DNA of 32,000 nt from Pirellula staleyi DSM 6068 (lineage in GTDB: Bacteria > Planctomycetota > Planctomycetia > Pirellulales > Pirellulaceae), in NCBI GenBank assembly GCA_000025185.1, contig CP001848.1:5490001-5522000 (forward strand), written 5' to 3'. The notes beneath the pieces were generated by a model. That model was not told the origin of the DNA and did not search any database. It saw only the letters and a list, made by a program, of their open reading frames with translations. Below are positions 1 through 7,510 of this stretch, in pieces. Made by a program: the position numbers and the translations under genes. Position 1 is the stretch's first letter. Every line of letters begins with the position of its first letter.

Positions 1-513
1 AGGCAGGCTCAGTTGTCCGCGCCAACGATTGAAGTTGGCCAGTAAATACTCGTTTTCAGAATCGGCCTGGTAGGGGAGCTTCGAAATGCTGAGCTCGATG
101 GGTGCTGCCCCTTCAGCGCTCGGGGCAATCAGCGTGGCGAAGCGAAGTCCGGTGGGGCCCTCTTCCTTCCAACCTTCGGGCGTCGTCCAAGTGATGTTGC
201 CACCCGCAGCTGGAATTTTGATCGACGCGACGAACTCGCGAAACGGCTTGCTGAGTTTGCTGACAGCGGCGTCGGGTCCCTGAAGTTTGAGGAACCAACC
301 TTGCTCGCCCGCGATGACAATTCCGCCGAGCATGCGCGAGTCGCCCACTTGCTCGCCAACAGCCGCAACTGCCGGGGCAGCGACGGTGCGAGCCACGGTG
401 TACTGCTCGATCTTGGGCTGTTCGCCACAACCGGCCGCGAGGGCCAGCAGCAGCGCGCCGACGAGGAAGGAAATGGGACGAAGATTTCCCCAGCGGGAAT
501 TGCAAACAGGCAT
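1..513 (-). CDS. hypothetical lipoprotein (3' end runs off the left edge of the window)
   Basis: Absent from the ORF track because no stop lies in the window. My reverse-strand translation from ATG 513-511 is open to position 1 (171 codons): MPVCNSRWGNLRPISFLVGALLLALAAGCGEQPKIEQYTV...ENEYLLANFNRWRGQLSLP. It has a signal peptide plus lipobox LAAGC. It replaces the Arg-rich track ORF 113..523, which is in another frame. Confidence 0.6.
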   Translation of the reverse strand, partial: MPVCNSRWGNLRPISFLVGALLLALAAGCGEQPKIEQYTVARTVAAPAVAAVGEQVGDSRMLGGIVIAGEQGWFLKLQGPDAAVSKLSKPFREFVASIKIPAAGGNITWTTPEGWKEEGPTGLRFATLIAPSAEGAAPIELSISKLPYQADSENEYLLANFNRWRGQLSLP

Positions 514-871
514 AGCGAGTCACTCGTGCTAGAGAGGCAAATCGGGGCCGATTCTGCTACTAACAGCCGGGTTCAGGTGGGAGGAACACCGGTGCTGCCG
601 CGACAGACCGGGCGATCGTCGGAGCAGGGGCCAGGTCGCGATCGTCACCAGGACCACCTCCAGGGAGGGGTCTAAAATGTGTCGATCACGACACTACCTG
701 ATTATAGACAGGGAGCCAGAAGATCGTACAGTCGCGCGGGGAGGGGGAAGTGCCGTAAATCGGCAGGTAGCGGAAAATCGGGCTCCCCAAATGGCGAGGC
801 TGCCACGTTTTGCCGCAGCGATTGTCGCCCAGGCGACCAGAATGCGCGGTGCGGAGGTAGAGCAGGGGGCG

Positions 872-1873
872 TTAGCGGGTCTTGAGCGTGTCCCCCTGAG
901 ACCAGCCGACCACCGGGCTTTCGCTTTCGAGCAAATGGATTTCGACCCCGCGCACCTGCGTTCCGGGCTGCTCGATTTTCGCGAGGGGTGCGTCGCCACG
1001 CTCGCCGCTGCCGGTGACAGCGAGACGATTCTCGGAAACGCCGTGCCGATCGAGGTAGTCTGCCACTGCTTGAGCGCGGGCTGTTCCGAGCGCACGTGCG
1101 CTGCTGTAGCGAGCGGTCGTCGATTGGCCTGCTTGCTGAGAGGGGCGTCCCGTGGCGATGCCCGCAACCAGCACTTTGGTTTTCTTCAGGTTGTCGTTCC
1201 GCAACAGCCGCGAAAGCTCGTCGAGCGACTCGCGACCTTCGGCGGTCAGCACCGCTGTCCCCGCTTCAAACAAGATTGGCATCTCGACAACAGCCGAGCG
1301 TGTAGCATCGTCGAATCGCAGCCGGCGGTCGCGCTGAGCCACGGCATAGAGCAAGCTCGGCTCGGTCACTTCTTCGGAAACAAAGTCTTCGTAGCTGCTT
1401 TGACGAACGGCCCCGCTGGCGGGTGGACGAATCGGAGTTTTGTCGAGCGATCGCCACTCGAGCGGTTCGCCGATGGGCTTGCTCTCGGGCTTCGGTTTCG
1501 TGGGAGGGGGAAGTGGCTGCATGGCTCCCGGCTTGGCTGGGGAACTCGAGGCCGGGCGCGAAGCAGCGCTAAAACCACTGCTGCTGCGCGAAGAGGCAGT
1601 GGAGGTTACACCGCGCGACCCACCCATCGCGAGTTGTTTTTCAGCTTCGTCGAGACGCTGTTCGACAGTTGCTAGACGCGATTTAGCGGCGGTGGCAGCA
1701 TCGCGTTCAGCCTTGAGTGCCGCGATCAGCTGATCTTTTTCAAGCTGCACTTGCTGCAGCTGCGCATTGGGAGCGCTGCAGCCAGCGGCGAAGAGAAAAG
1801 CGAGCACAAACGTCACGAAGGGGCGGACAATGCCTACCTGTTTCCAGTGCTTGGAGAACGACGAATTGCTCAT
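872..1873 (-). CDS. OmpA/MotB-like C-terminal domain lipoprotein with N-terminal coiled coil
   Basis: Track ORF is 872..1951. I prefer ATG 1873 (M27), which has GGGAG about 10 nt upstream. This gives MSNSSFSKHWKQVGIVRPFVTFVLAFLFAAGCS (lipobox), then a heptad-like segment QLQQVQLEKDQLIAALKAERDAATAAKSRLATVEQRLDEAEKQL, a Pro/Ser linker, and an OmpA_C-like end (FEAGTAVLTAEGRESLDELSRLL...SSARALGTARAQAVADYLDRHGVSENRLAVTGSGE). Confidence 0.75.
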   Translation of the reverse strand: MSNSSFSKHWKQVGIVRPFVTFVLAFLFAAGCSAPNAQLQQVQLEKDQLIAALKAERDAATAAKSRLATVEQRLDEAEKQLAMGGSRGVTSTASSRSSSGFSAASRPASSSPAKPGAMQPLPPPTKPKPESKPIGEPLEWRSLDKTPIRPPASGAVRQSSYEDFVSEEVTEPSLLYAVAQRDRRLRFDDATRSAVVEMPILFEAGTAVLTAEGRESLDELSRLLRNDNLKKTKVLVAGIATGRPSQQAGQSTTARYSSARALGTARAQAVADYLDRHGVSENRLAVTGSGERGDAPLAKIEQPGTQVRGVEIHLLESESPVVGWSQGDTLKTR

Positions 1874-2070
1874 GATGATCCGACTCCCTTCGAACCGATG
1901 CTGGCACGCATCCTGCTTGCAACGCCTCATGGAGGTCGCTGCAGCCAGCACTAATCTTCCAAAGACTTCTTACTAACTTATGTCGAGCATCCTGAGCAAT
2001 TCGCCACGAACTACTCAGGAGTTACTTACAAATTAATCAACAACTGACTGATCAACACTGGGCCCAAAAC

Positions 2071-3390
2071 CTACTGACCACCGAGCCCGAACATACTGAT
2101 GAAGATGTTCGTGAGCGAGGTCGAGGCACTGCTGGCTTCGTTGAATTGCCACATATTGAGCATGACGTCGACCATCAACATGCCGCAGATCGTCAGGATC
2201 AGCGTTACGGCTGTCAGGGTCAGTACGTTCCAAATGCTGTACGGTGTTTCGGTAACGGGAACTTGCACATACACCGGGGCTCCGGTCATGCCACCAGCAG
2301 GTGCCATTCCCATCGGGCCACCCATGGGCCCTCCCATTCCCATCGGTGCTGCCATCAGCGCGTCGCCTGGCATCGCAGCAAAAGCATCTTCGCCGAGGGC
2401 CGGTTCGCTCTTGAGCATCGTGGCGGCGTTCTCGTCGAACGCTTCACTATCCTCGAGAGCAATCACTTGCGAGCCGCTGTCCGATTCGTCGTCGGTGAGA
2501 GCATCCGAAGGGGAAAGCAAAAACTGATCGTCCGCTTTCAGCTGGGTCGCCATATCGGGATCGCCAGCATCATCTTCGAGCGAAATGACCTCGTCATCTT
2601 CGGGAAGTTCGAGCGATTCCACGCCCGAGCCGCCGAGATCGAGAGGTTCTTCGTCGAGCGAAAGTCCGCTATCGGTGGGCGATAGGTTAATGCCACTGTC
2701 ACCCGCGCCGAGCGTAACGTCGCTCCCAATGCCACTTCCGCCCGAGACCGCACTACCTTCGAGTTGCAGTTCGCCGTCGTCGAGATCGATTGCATCCGCT
2801 GCGCTGCTGCCACCAAGCGTGAGTTCATCATCACCGAGCGACAAATCGTCGCCCAGCGAGAGATCGTCCCCGCCGGTGCTTCCTGCAGGCATATCACCCG
2901 TTCCGCTGCCGGTTGCGAGTTTCAGCCCGCTATCGGTGAGAACGTCGGAGCCCTCTTTCTTGCCACCCAGCAAAGCGTCGCCAATTTCACCGACGTCGTC
3001 GTCGGCCAGTTGAATATCGCTTTCACCAGGGCGCTGATTCTTACCAATGATCGTGCTCCCCTTGGTCTCTCCCGAGAGTCCAAGTTCCTCTTCGCTGATG
3101 AGGATCGAGTCGGGTTCTTCTTTGGCTTTGCTGGCGAGTTCTTTCGACGAAAGACTCGAGAGCATGTTGTCGAAGTCTTCATCGCCTGCGGAAAGAATGT
3201 CACTTCCACCCGCCGAAGCGCCACCATTACGTTCAGCCAGAACGCGTTCGACTTCCTCGGTTTTGAACTTCCAGCTACCACCATCGCGGTAGCCGAAGAT
3301 CTCGCCTTTGGAGCGCATCTCGATCAGTGTTTCCGACGAAACACCAATCATTACAGCGGCTTCTTTCAGATCGACAAACTTGCCAGCCAT
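2071..3390 (-). CDS. membrane-anchored helix-turn-helix protein with long acidic low-complexity region
   Basis: The N-terminus MAGKFVDLKEAAVMIGVSSETLIEMRSKGEIFGYRDGGSWKFKTEEVERVL looks like an excisionase/MerR-superfamily HTH. About 300 aa follow that are rich in D/E/S/G/L, with short repeats (GDDLSLGDDLSLGDDELTLGG; GPMGGPMGMAPAGGM). There is one C-terminal TM helix, SIWNVLTLTAVTLILTICGMLMV. GGAG lies 7 nt upstream of the ATG. Confidence 0.8.
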   Translation of the reverse strand: MAGKFVDLKEAAVMIGVSSETLIEMRSKGEIFGYRDGGSWKFKTEEVERVLAERNGGASAGGSDILSAGDEDFDNMLSSLSSKELASKAKEEPDSILISEEELGLSGETKGSTIIGKNQRPGESDIQLADDDVGEIGDALLGGKKEGSDVLTDSGLKLATGSGTGDMPAGSTGGDDLSLGDDLSLGDDELTLGGSSAADAIDLDDGELQLEGSAVSGGSGIGSDVTLGAGDSGINLSPTDSGLSLDEEPLDLGGSGVESLELPEDDEVISLEDDAGDPDMATQLKADDQFLLSPSDALTDDESDSGSQVIALEDSEAFDENAATMLKSEPALGEDAFAAMPGDALMAAPMGMGGPMGGPMGMAPAGGMTGAPVYVQVPVTETPYSIWNVLTLTAVTLILTICGMLMVDVMLNMWQFNEASSASTSLTNIFISMFGLGGQ

Positions 3391-3415
3391 TCGAAGGCTC
3401 CCGGGGGACGTACTC

Positions 3416-3468
3416 AGTTGCTCGCAGTTTCAGGAGGAACCCAATGGAATTCCTCGCGTCGAGCAACT
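3416..3468 (-). promoter_or_regulatory. nested inverted repeat in the leader of the HTH gene
   Basis: The outer 9 bp arms are AGTTGCTCG (3416-3424) and CGAGCAACT (3460-3468). They enclose inner 6 bp arms GAGGAA (3434-3439) and TTCCTC (3450-3455). The structure ends 26 nt upstream of ATG 3390. Confidence 0.35.
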
Positions 3469-3517
3469 TGCCTCTAGTGACAGTTTATGTCACCGATGCG
3501 TGAGTAGCTCGCTTTTC

Positions 3518-3880
3518 TTAGCGAGGAGCCGCAAGGGCCCGAATATCGCGCGGCGTAGGGGCACCGCTGTTGTAATCCTCCATGAGTAGATCCCACTGTA
3601 CGTTGCGAATACTGCGAAGTGTGACCGCGCCCGACGTTTTGTCGACGTGATACACCGCAATCACCCGCTGACGGGGATCAACCAGCGTGATCTGCTGACG
3701 GCCATCGGCTGTATCGCAGCTGAGGGCGATCATGTTCGCATCCCCCAAAGCCCGATCGTGGAGACCGCCTGCAGACTGCGAAACTGCCGGTTTTTGAGCC
3801 ATGGCCTGCGAAAGTCCGCACACCGCCATGACCGCCGCCAACAAGAGTCCCGCCCCAATTCCAAACGCCGCCTGCCGCAT
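3518..3880 (-). CDS. small secreted hypothetical protein
   Basis: 120 aa ORF with a signal peptide, MRQAAFGIGAGLLLAAVMAVCGLSQAMAQ. The rest has protein-like composition. I recognise no family. Confidence 0.6.
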   Translation of the reverse strand: MRQAAFGIGAGLLLAAVMAVCGLSQAMAQKPAVSQSAGGLHDRALGDANMIALSCDTADGRQQITLVDPRQRVIAVYHVDKTSGAVTLRSIRNVQWDLLMEDYNSGAPTPRDIRALAAPR

Positions 3881-4341
3881 CGCAATCTCCTCGCATCAAG
3901 CGTGAGTATGCCACCTGCGGAGTCTGGAGCCACTCTATCTATTCTAAATGGCCCAAATTCCGCTTCAAGACTCAACTTACGCACGAAACCAATTTCCTAG
4001 ACCCCTTAAACCTCGATCCCTGCACAACCAGTCCCTTCGGCGAACTCGCTTCGCCCACTACTTCCGCTGCAAACCGCAGGGCCAGCATCACCGGCCATTT
4101 CGCCGGGCTGCGCGCAGTGTCGTCGCTGAAAAGGGATTTCAGGGGCGGCGGATCGTAGCGAGCCCCTCCGATCGTCGCAAGGCAAAAATGACCGGAAAAA
4201 CGCAGCTTTTGCCTCGAAAAGTCCCCAAAAGCGAGGCTGTTTTGCCACTTACCGGCCAGAAATGGAGCAGGGGAGGCCGATTTTCGCTCGTCCCTCGCTC
4301 GACACAGTTCTACAATGCCTCGAAAGATTCATTGACAGCTC

Positions 4342-4399
4342 CAATCGATCAGTAACCTTGGATCGATTGCTCACCGACGCACATCTCGCCCCTCCAAGG
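4342..4399 (+). promoter_or_regulatory. queC leader hairpin whose loop is complementary to the RBS (candidate pseudoknot)
   Basis: There is a perfect 9 bp stem, CAATCGATC (4342-4350) with GATCGATTG (4361-4369), and loop AGTAACCTTG. Loop CCTTG (4356-4360) is complementary to CAAGG (4395-4399), which overlaps the AAGGA Shine-Dalgarno 8 nt before ATG 4407. Confidence 0.35.
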
Positions 4400-4406
4400 A
4401 ACCGTC

Positions 4407-5117
4407 ATGATTTCGCAACACAGCTCGACCGAGATCGCTGTGCTCATGAGTGGTGGCCTCGATAGTTCGATCTTGGTGGGAAAGTTCCTGCGGGAAGGCC
4501 GCACGGTCCATCCTATCTACATCCGAACCGGGCTTTTCTGGCAGTCAGGAGAACTCCCGGCCGTACAAGCATTCCTGGCGGCGATCGCCACTGCGAACTT
4601 AAGGCCGCTGAAGATCCTCGAACTGCCGCTCGACGACCTTTACACCGATCACTGGAGCCTCACCGGCAGCGGAACGCCAGCCGACGACACCCCGGACGAA
4701 GCGGTCTACCTGCCAGGCCGGAACGCACTGTTGCTCGTCAAAGCCGCAGTCTATTGCCAATTGCATGGCATCGGCCAACTGGCTTGTGCTCCTCTGGGAA
4801 GTAGTCCGTTTGAAGATGCCAGCAGCGAGTTTTTTACCGAGTATCAGTCGGCAATGAACCGTGGCAGCAGCAGCCCTGTCGTTCTGTTGAGGCCGTTTGG
4901 TGAGCTGCACAAAGAGGAAGTGATGCGTCTGGGAGTTGGGCTTCCGCTGGAACTCACGTTCTCCTGCATCCATCCTGTCGATGGCACGCACTGCGGCACC
5001 TGCAACAAATGCTTCGAGCGTAAAGAGGCCTTTCGCATTACCGGCATCGAAGACAAAACGGTATACACAGCATCCCGGCGTACTGCGGTACAAGTCGCAA
5101 CCAAATCGACTCCGTAG
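4407..5117 (+). CDS. queC: 7-cyano-7-deazaguanine synthase
   Basis: PP-loop motif AVLMSGGLDSS, a C-terminal Cys cluster (CIHPVDGTHCGTCNKCFERKEAF), and a typical length of 236 aa. Confidence 0.95.
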   Translation: MISQHSSTEIAVLMSGGLDSSILVGKFLREGRTVHPIYIRTGLFWQSGELPAVQAFLAAIATANLRPLKILELPLDDLYTDHWSLTGSGTPADDTPDEAVYLPGRNALLLVKAAVYCQLHGIGQLACAPLGSSPFEDASSEFFTEYQSAMNRGSSSPVVLLRPFGELHKEEVMRLGVGLPLELTFSCIHPVDGTHCGTCNKCFERKEAFRITGIEDKTVYTASRRTAVQVATKSTP

Positions 5118-5216
5118 TGGGCTCGCTCGCGTGTCGACAATCAGCAGCACTCGTAACTTACAAACGACTCGCAAACGATACTCTCCCCGAACATTCACTT
5201 CTCACGTACTGAAGCC

Positions 5217-5726
5217 ATGATTAAAGAACAGCCACCACGTCCAGCGACGCTCTCCCCCGCAGAGACCGCCGTCGAAGTGCAGTCGTCAAGCACTTCGGTT
5301 TTTCGCGTCAGCCGCGAAATCGACTTTTGCTACGGACATCGCCTGCTGAACTATGACGGCAAATGTCGCCACCTGCATGGACACAATGGCCGCGCGGTGA
5401 TCACGATCGAATCGTCGTCGCTCGACAACCGTGGCATGGTGATGGACTTCTCGGATATCAAACGAGTGGTGAGCAGCTGGATCGATGAGAATCTCGATCA
5501 CCGGATGCTTCTCTGCAAACGCGATCCCTACGTCCAGATCCTTAAAGACCTGGGGGAGCCTCTGTTTCTGCTCGACGAGAATCCAACCGCCGAAAACATC
5601 TGCAAACTGATTCACGAATTCACCGCCAGCCGCGGTTTTCCGATCGTGGAAACACAGCTCTGGGAAACGCCGCACTGCTTTGCGACCTATCGTGCGGCAC
5701 GCTACGTTCCAGGCGAAGCGAACTAA
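5217..5726 (+). CDS. queD: 6-carboxy-5,6,7,8-tetrahydropterin synthase
   Basis: PTPS/QueD motifs FCYGHRLL...CRHLHGHNGRAVITIE...DHRMLL...ETPHC, and it sits next to queC. The N-terminus is about 20 aa longer than usual, so GTG 5277 is an alternative start. Confidence 0.9.
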   Translation: MIKEQPPRPATLSPAETAVEVQSSSTSVFRVSREIDFCYGHRLLNYDGKCRHLHGHNGRAVITIESSSLDNRGMVMDFSDIKRVVSSWIDENLDHRMLLCKRDPYVQILKDLGEPLFLLDENPTAENICKLIHEFTASRGFPIVETQLWETPHCFATYRAARYVPGEAN

Positions 5727-5748
5727 TCGAAGTTCGCCCTGAAGGTAC

Positions 5749-5795
5749 AAAAAAAGAGCGGAGTGAATTACTTCACCCCGCTCTTCGCTTTTCTT
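5749..5795. terminator. bidirectional rho-independent terminator between convergent queD and sulfatase genes
   Basis: An A-run, then AAGAGCGGAGTGAA (5754-5767), loop TTAC, and TTCACCCCGCTCTT (5772-5785). That is 13 of 14 bp paired. It is followed by CGCTTTTCTT. Confidence 0.7.
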
Positions 5796-5817
5796 GTGAC
5801 GTCAGTCGCTTCATCAA

Positions 5818-7365
5818 CTACTTGAACTGCTCGACTGTACCATCGTCTTTGTAGTCCTTGCGCAACTGCTCGAGTTGACGCTTCAGGTCCATCACGATCT
5901 GGTCGTAGGCGGGATCGTTGTACACACTCTTGAGTTCGTTCGGATCGGCCTTCAGATCGTACAATTCCCACTCGTTGAGGTCGTAGAAGTGAATCAGTTT
6001 GTACTGCTCGGTACGGACTCCATAGTGCGGATGAACATGGTGCGGCTGTGGAAACTCGTAGTAGTGGTAGTACACACTTTTGCGCCAATCGGCGGGCGTG
6101 TTGCCGGTGAGTAGCGGCTTGAGGCTGCGCCCCTGCATATCAGCGGGCTGTTCCACTCCCGCGACGTCGAGAAACGTCTGAGCAAAGTCGAGGTTCATCG
6201 CCATGTCGGTGTTCACGCTGCTTGGTTTCACCTGGCCGGGCCAGCGCACAATTAGCGGCGTGCGAAAGCTCTCTTCGTACATCCAGCGTTTGTCGTACCA
6301 GCCGTGCTCGCCGAGATACCAGCCTTGATCGCTCGTGTAGATCACCAGTGTATTGGCTGCTTCTCCCGAGTTGTCGAGCCACTCGAGCATCCGTCCTACG
6401 TTTTCATCCACCGCATCGACGCAGCGGAGATAGTCTTTCACGTAGCGCTGATACATCCAGCGTGTCTTGTCGTCGCCAGTCAGCTTCGCCTCTTGGAACG
6501 CTTTGTTCTCTTCCGCGTAAGCCTTTTCGAAAATCTCTTTTTGCTCGGGATTGAGACCCGGCTGCGCCACTAGTTTCAGATCGTGGGGCGAAAGATCCTT
6601 GGCAATCGACATCTGCTGATCGCGAGCCGCAGTTCCGCGCCCTTTGTAATCGTCAAACAGCGTCGTCGGCTCGGGAATGGTGACGTCTTTGTACTTGTCG
6701 AGATAACGGGGCGCAGGTTGCCAGTTGCGATGAGGCGCCTTGTGCTGATACATCAAAAAGAACGGCTTGTTCTTATCGCGACCTTTCTCGAGCCAGCCGA
6801 TCGCTTCGTCGGTGATGATGTCGGTGGTGTAGCCCGTGTGACGCACAATGCCATTGGGCGTCTTCATCGCTGGATTGTAGTACGGCCCTTGTCCCTGCAG
6901 GATGTGCCAGTAGTCGAAGCCTGTCGGGTCGCTACCAAGATGCCACTTGCCAATCACGGCTGTCTGATATCCGGCCCCTTGCAGCAGCTTTGCGACGTGC
7001 TGCTGTTTGCCATTGAAGTTGGGATTTTCGTTCGTAGCAAATCCGTTGAGGTGGCTGTACTTGCCGGTCAAGATCACGGCTCGCGACGGACCACAAATGC
7101 TGTTGGTCACAAAGCAGCGATCAAACCGCATCCCTTCTTTGGCCAGCCGATCGATGTGCGGCGTGACATTCACCTTGCTGCCGTAGGCACTGATTGCTTG
7201 ATAAGCATGATCGTCGGCCATGATGAACAGAATGTTCGGCCGCTTAACCGGTTTCGCTTCGTCGGCCGCTTGCGCTGGAATTACGAGCGCTAGAAGCAGG
7301 GTGGCAAGCAGAGCGGCGATTGGGAAAGCAGGTTTCATACAGAGAGGAGCCTTGGTGCGAGGCAT
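5818..7365 (-). CDS. formylglycine-dependent sulfatase (S1 family, GlcNAc-6-sulfatase-like)
   Basis: [21 protein letters not shown], the C-x-P-x-R motif [13 protein letters not shown], a C-terminal [11 protein letters not shown], and signal peptide [24 protein letters not shown]. The start is ATG 7365 or 7338, not the track start 7440. Confidence 0.9.
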   Translation of the reverse strand: MPRTKAPLCMKPAFPIAALLATLLLALVIPAQAADEAKPVKRPNILFIMADDHAYQAISAYGSKVNVTPHIDRLAKEGMRFDRCFVTNSICGPSRAVILTGKYSHLNGFATNENPNFNGKQQHVAKLLQGAGYQTAVIGKWHLGSDPTGFDYWHILQGQGPYYNPAMKTPNGIVRHTGYTTDIITDEAIGWLEKGRDKNKPFFLMYQHKAPHRNWQPAPRYLDKYKDVTIPEPTTLFDDYKGRGTAARDQQMSIAKDLSPHDLKLVAQPGLNPEQKEIFEKAYAEENKAFQEAKLTGDDKTRWMYQRYVKDYLRCVDAVDENVGRMLEWLDNSGEAANTLVIYTSDQGWYLGEHGWYDKRWMYEESFRTPLIVRWPGQVKPSSVNTDMAMNLDFAQTFLDVAGVEQPADMQGRSLKPLLTGNTPADWRKSVYYHYYEFPQPHHVHPHYGVRTEQYKLIHFYDLNEWELYDLKADPNELKSVYNDPAYDQIVMDLKRQLEQLRKDYKDDGTVEQFK

Positions 7366-7510
7366 TTGAATATCGGGGCGGGACCGAAGCGGGCAGCGCA
7401 AGTGCGTGCAGTTCGGCGAAGTGACGCATTCTGACGTCAAACCGGAGCGCGGTCAAATCTCCGGCGGCAAACCGCGAAAAAATCGAGCGGACTCCAGCGG
7501 CAGGAATCGT

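Noticed and set aside
113-523. 136 aa reverse-strand track ORF
   Set aside because: The translation is Arg-rich and not protein-like. A different reverse frame, open to the window edge, gives a clean lipoprotein signal and protein-like sequence.
677-1675. 332 aa forward-strand ORF
   Set aside because: It is antisense to the OmpA-like gene. The translation is Arg/Ala/Gly-rich with no recognisable motif, which is a typical GC-rich shadow ORF. The same applies to 10490-11722 (+), 19202-20047 (-), 20026-20772 (-), 20800-21477 (-), 21662-22504 (-), 23824-24786 (-) and 29571-30575 (+).
4205-4235. GAAAAGTCC resembling the RNase P RNA GGAAAGUCCGGGC core
   Set aside because: The following bases do not match (CCCAAAAGC). 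None of the other conserved RNase P RNA blocks are present in the spacer. I also found no tRNA T-loop (GGTTCGAATCC-like) in any spacer. The two partial matches lie inside dnaJ and asd.
7432-7439. TGACGTCA 8-nt palindrome upstream of the sulfatase gene
   Set aside because: A short palindrome like this is expected by chance several times in 32 kb. There is no second site or flanking conservation to support an operator.
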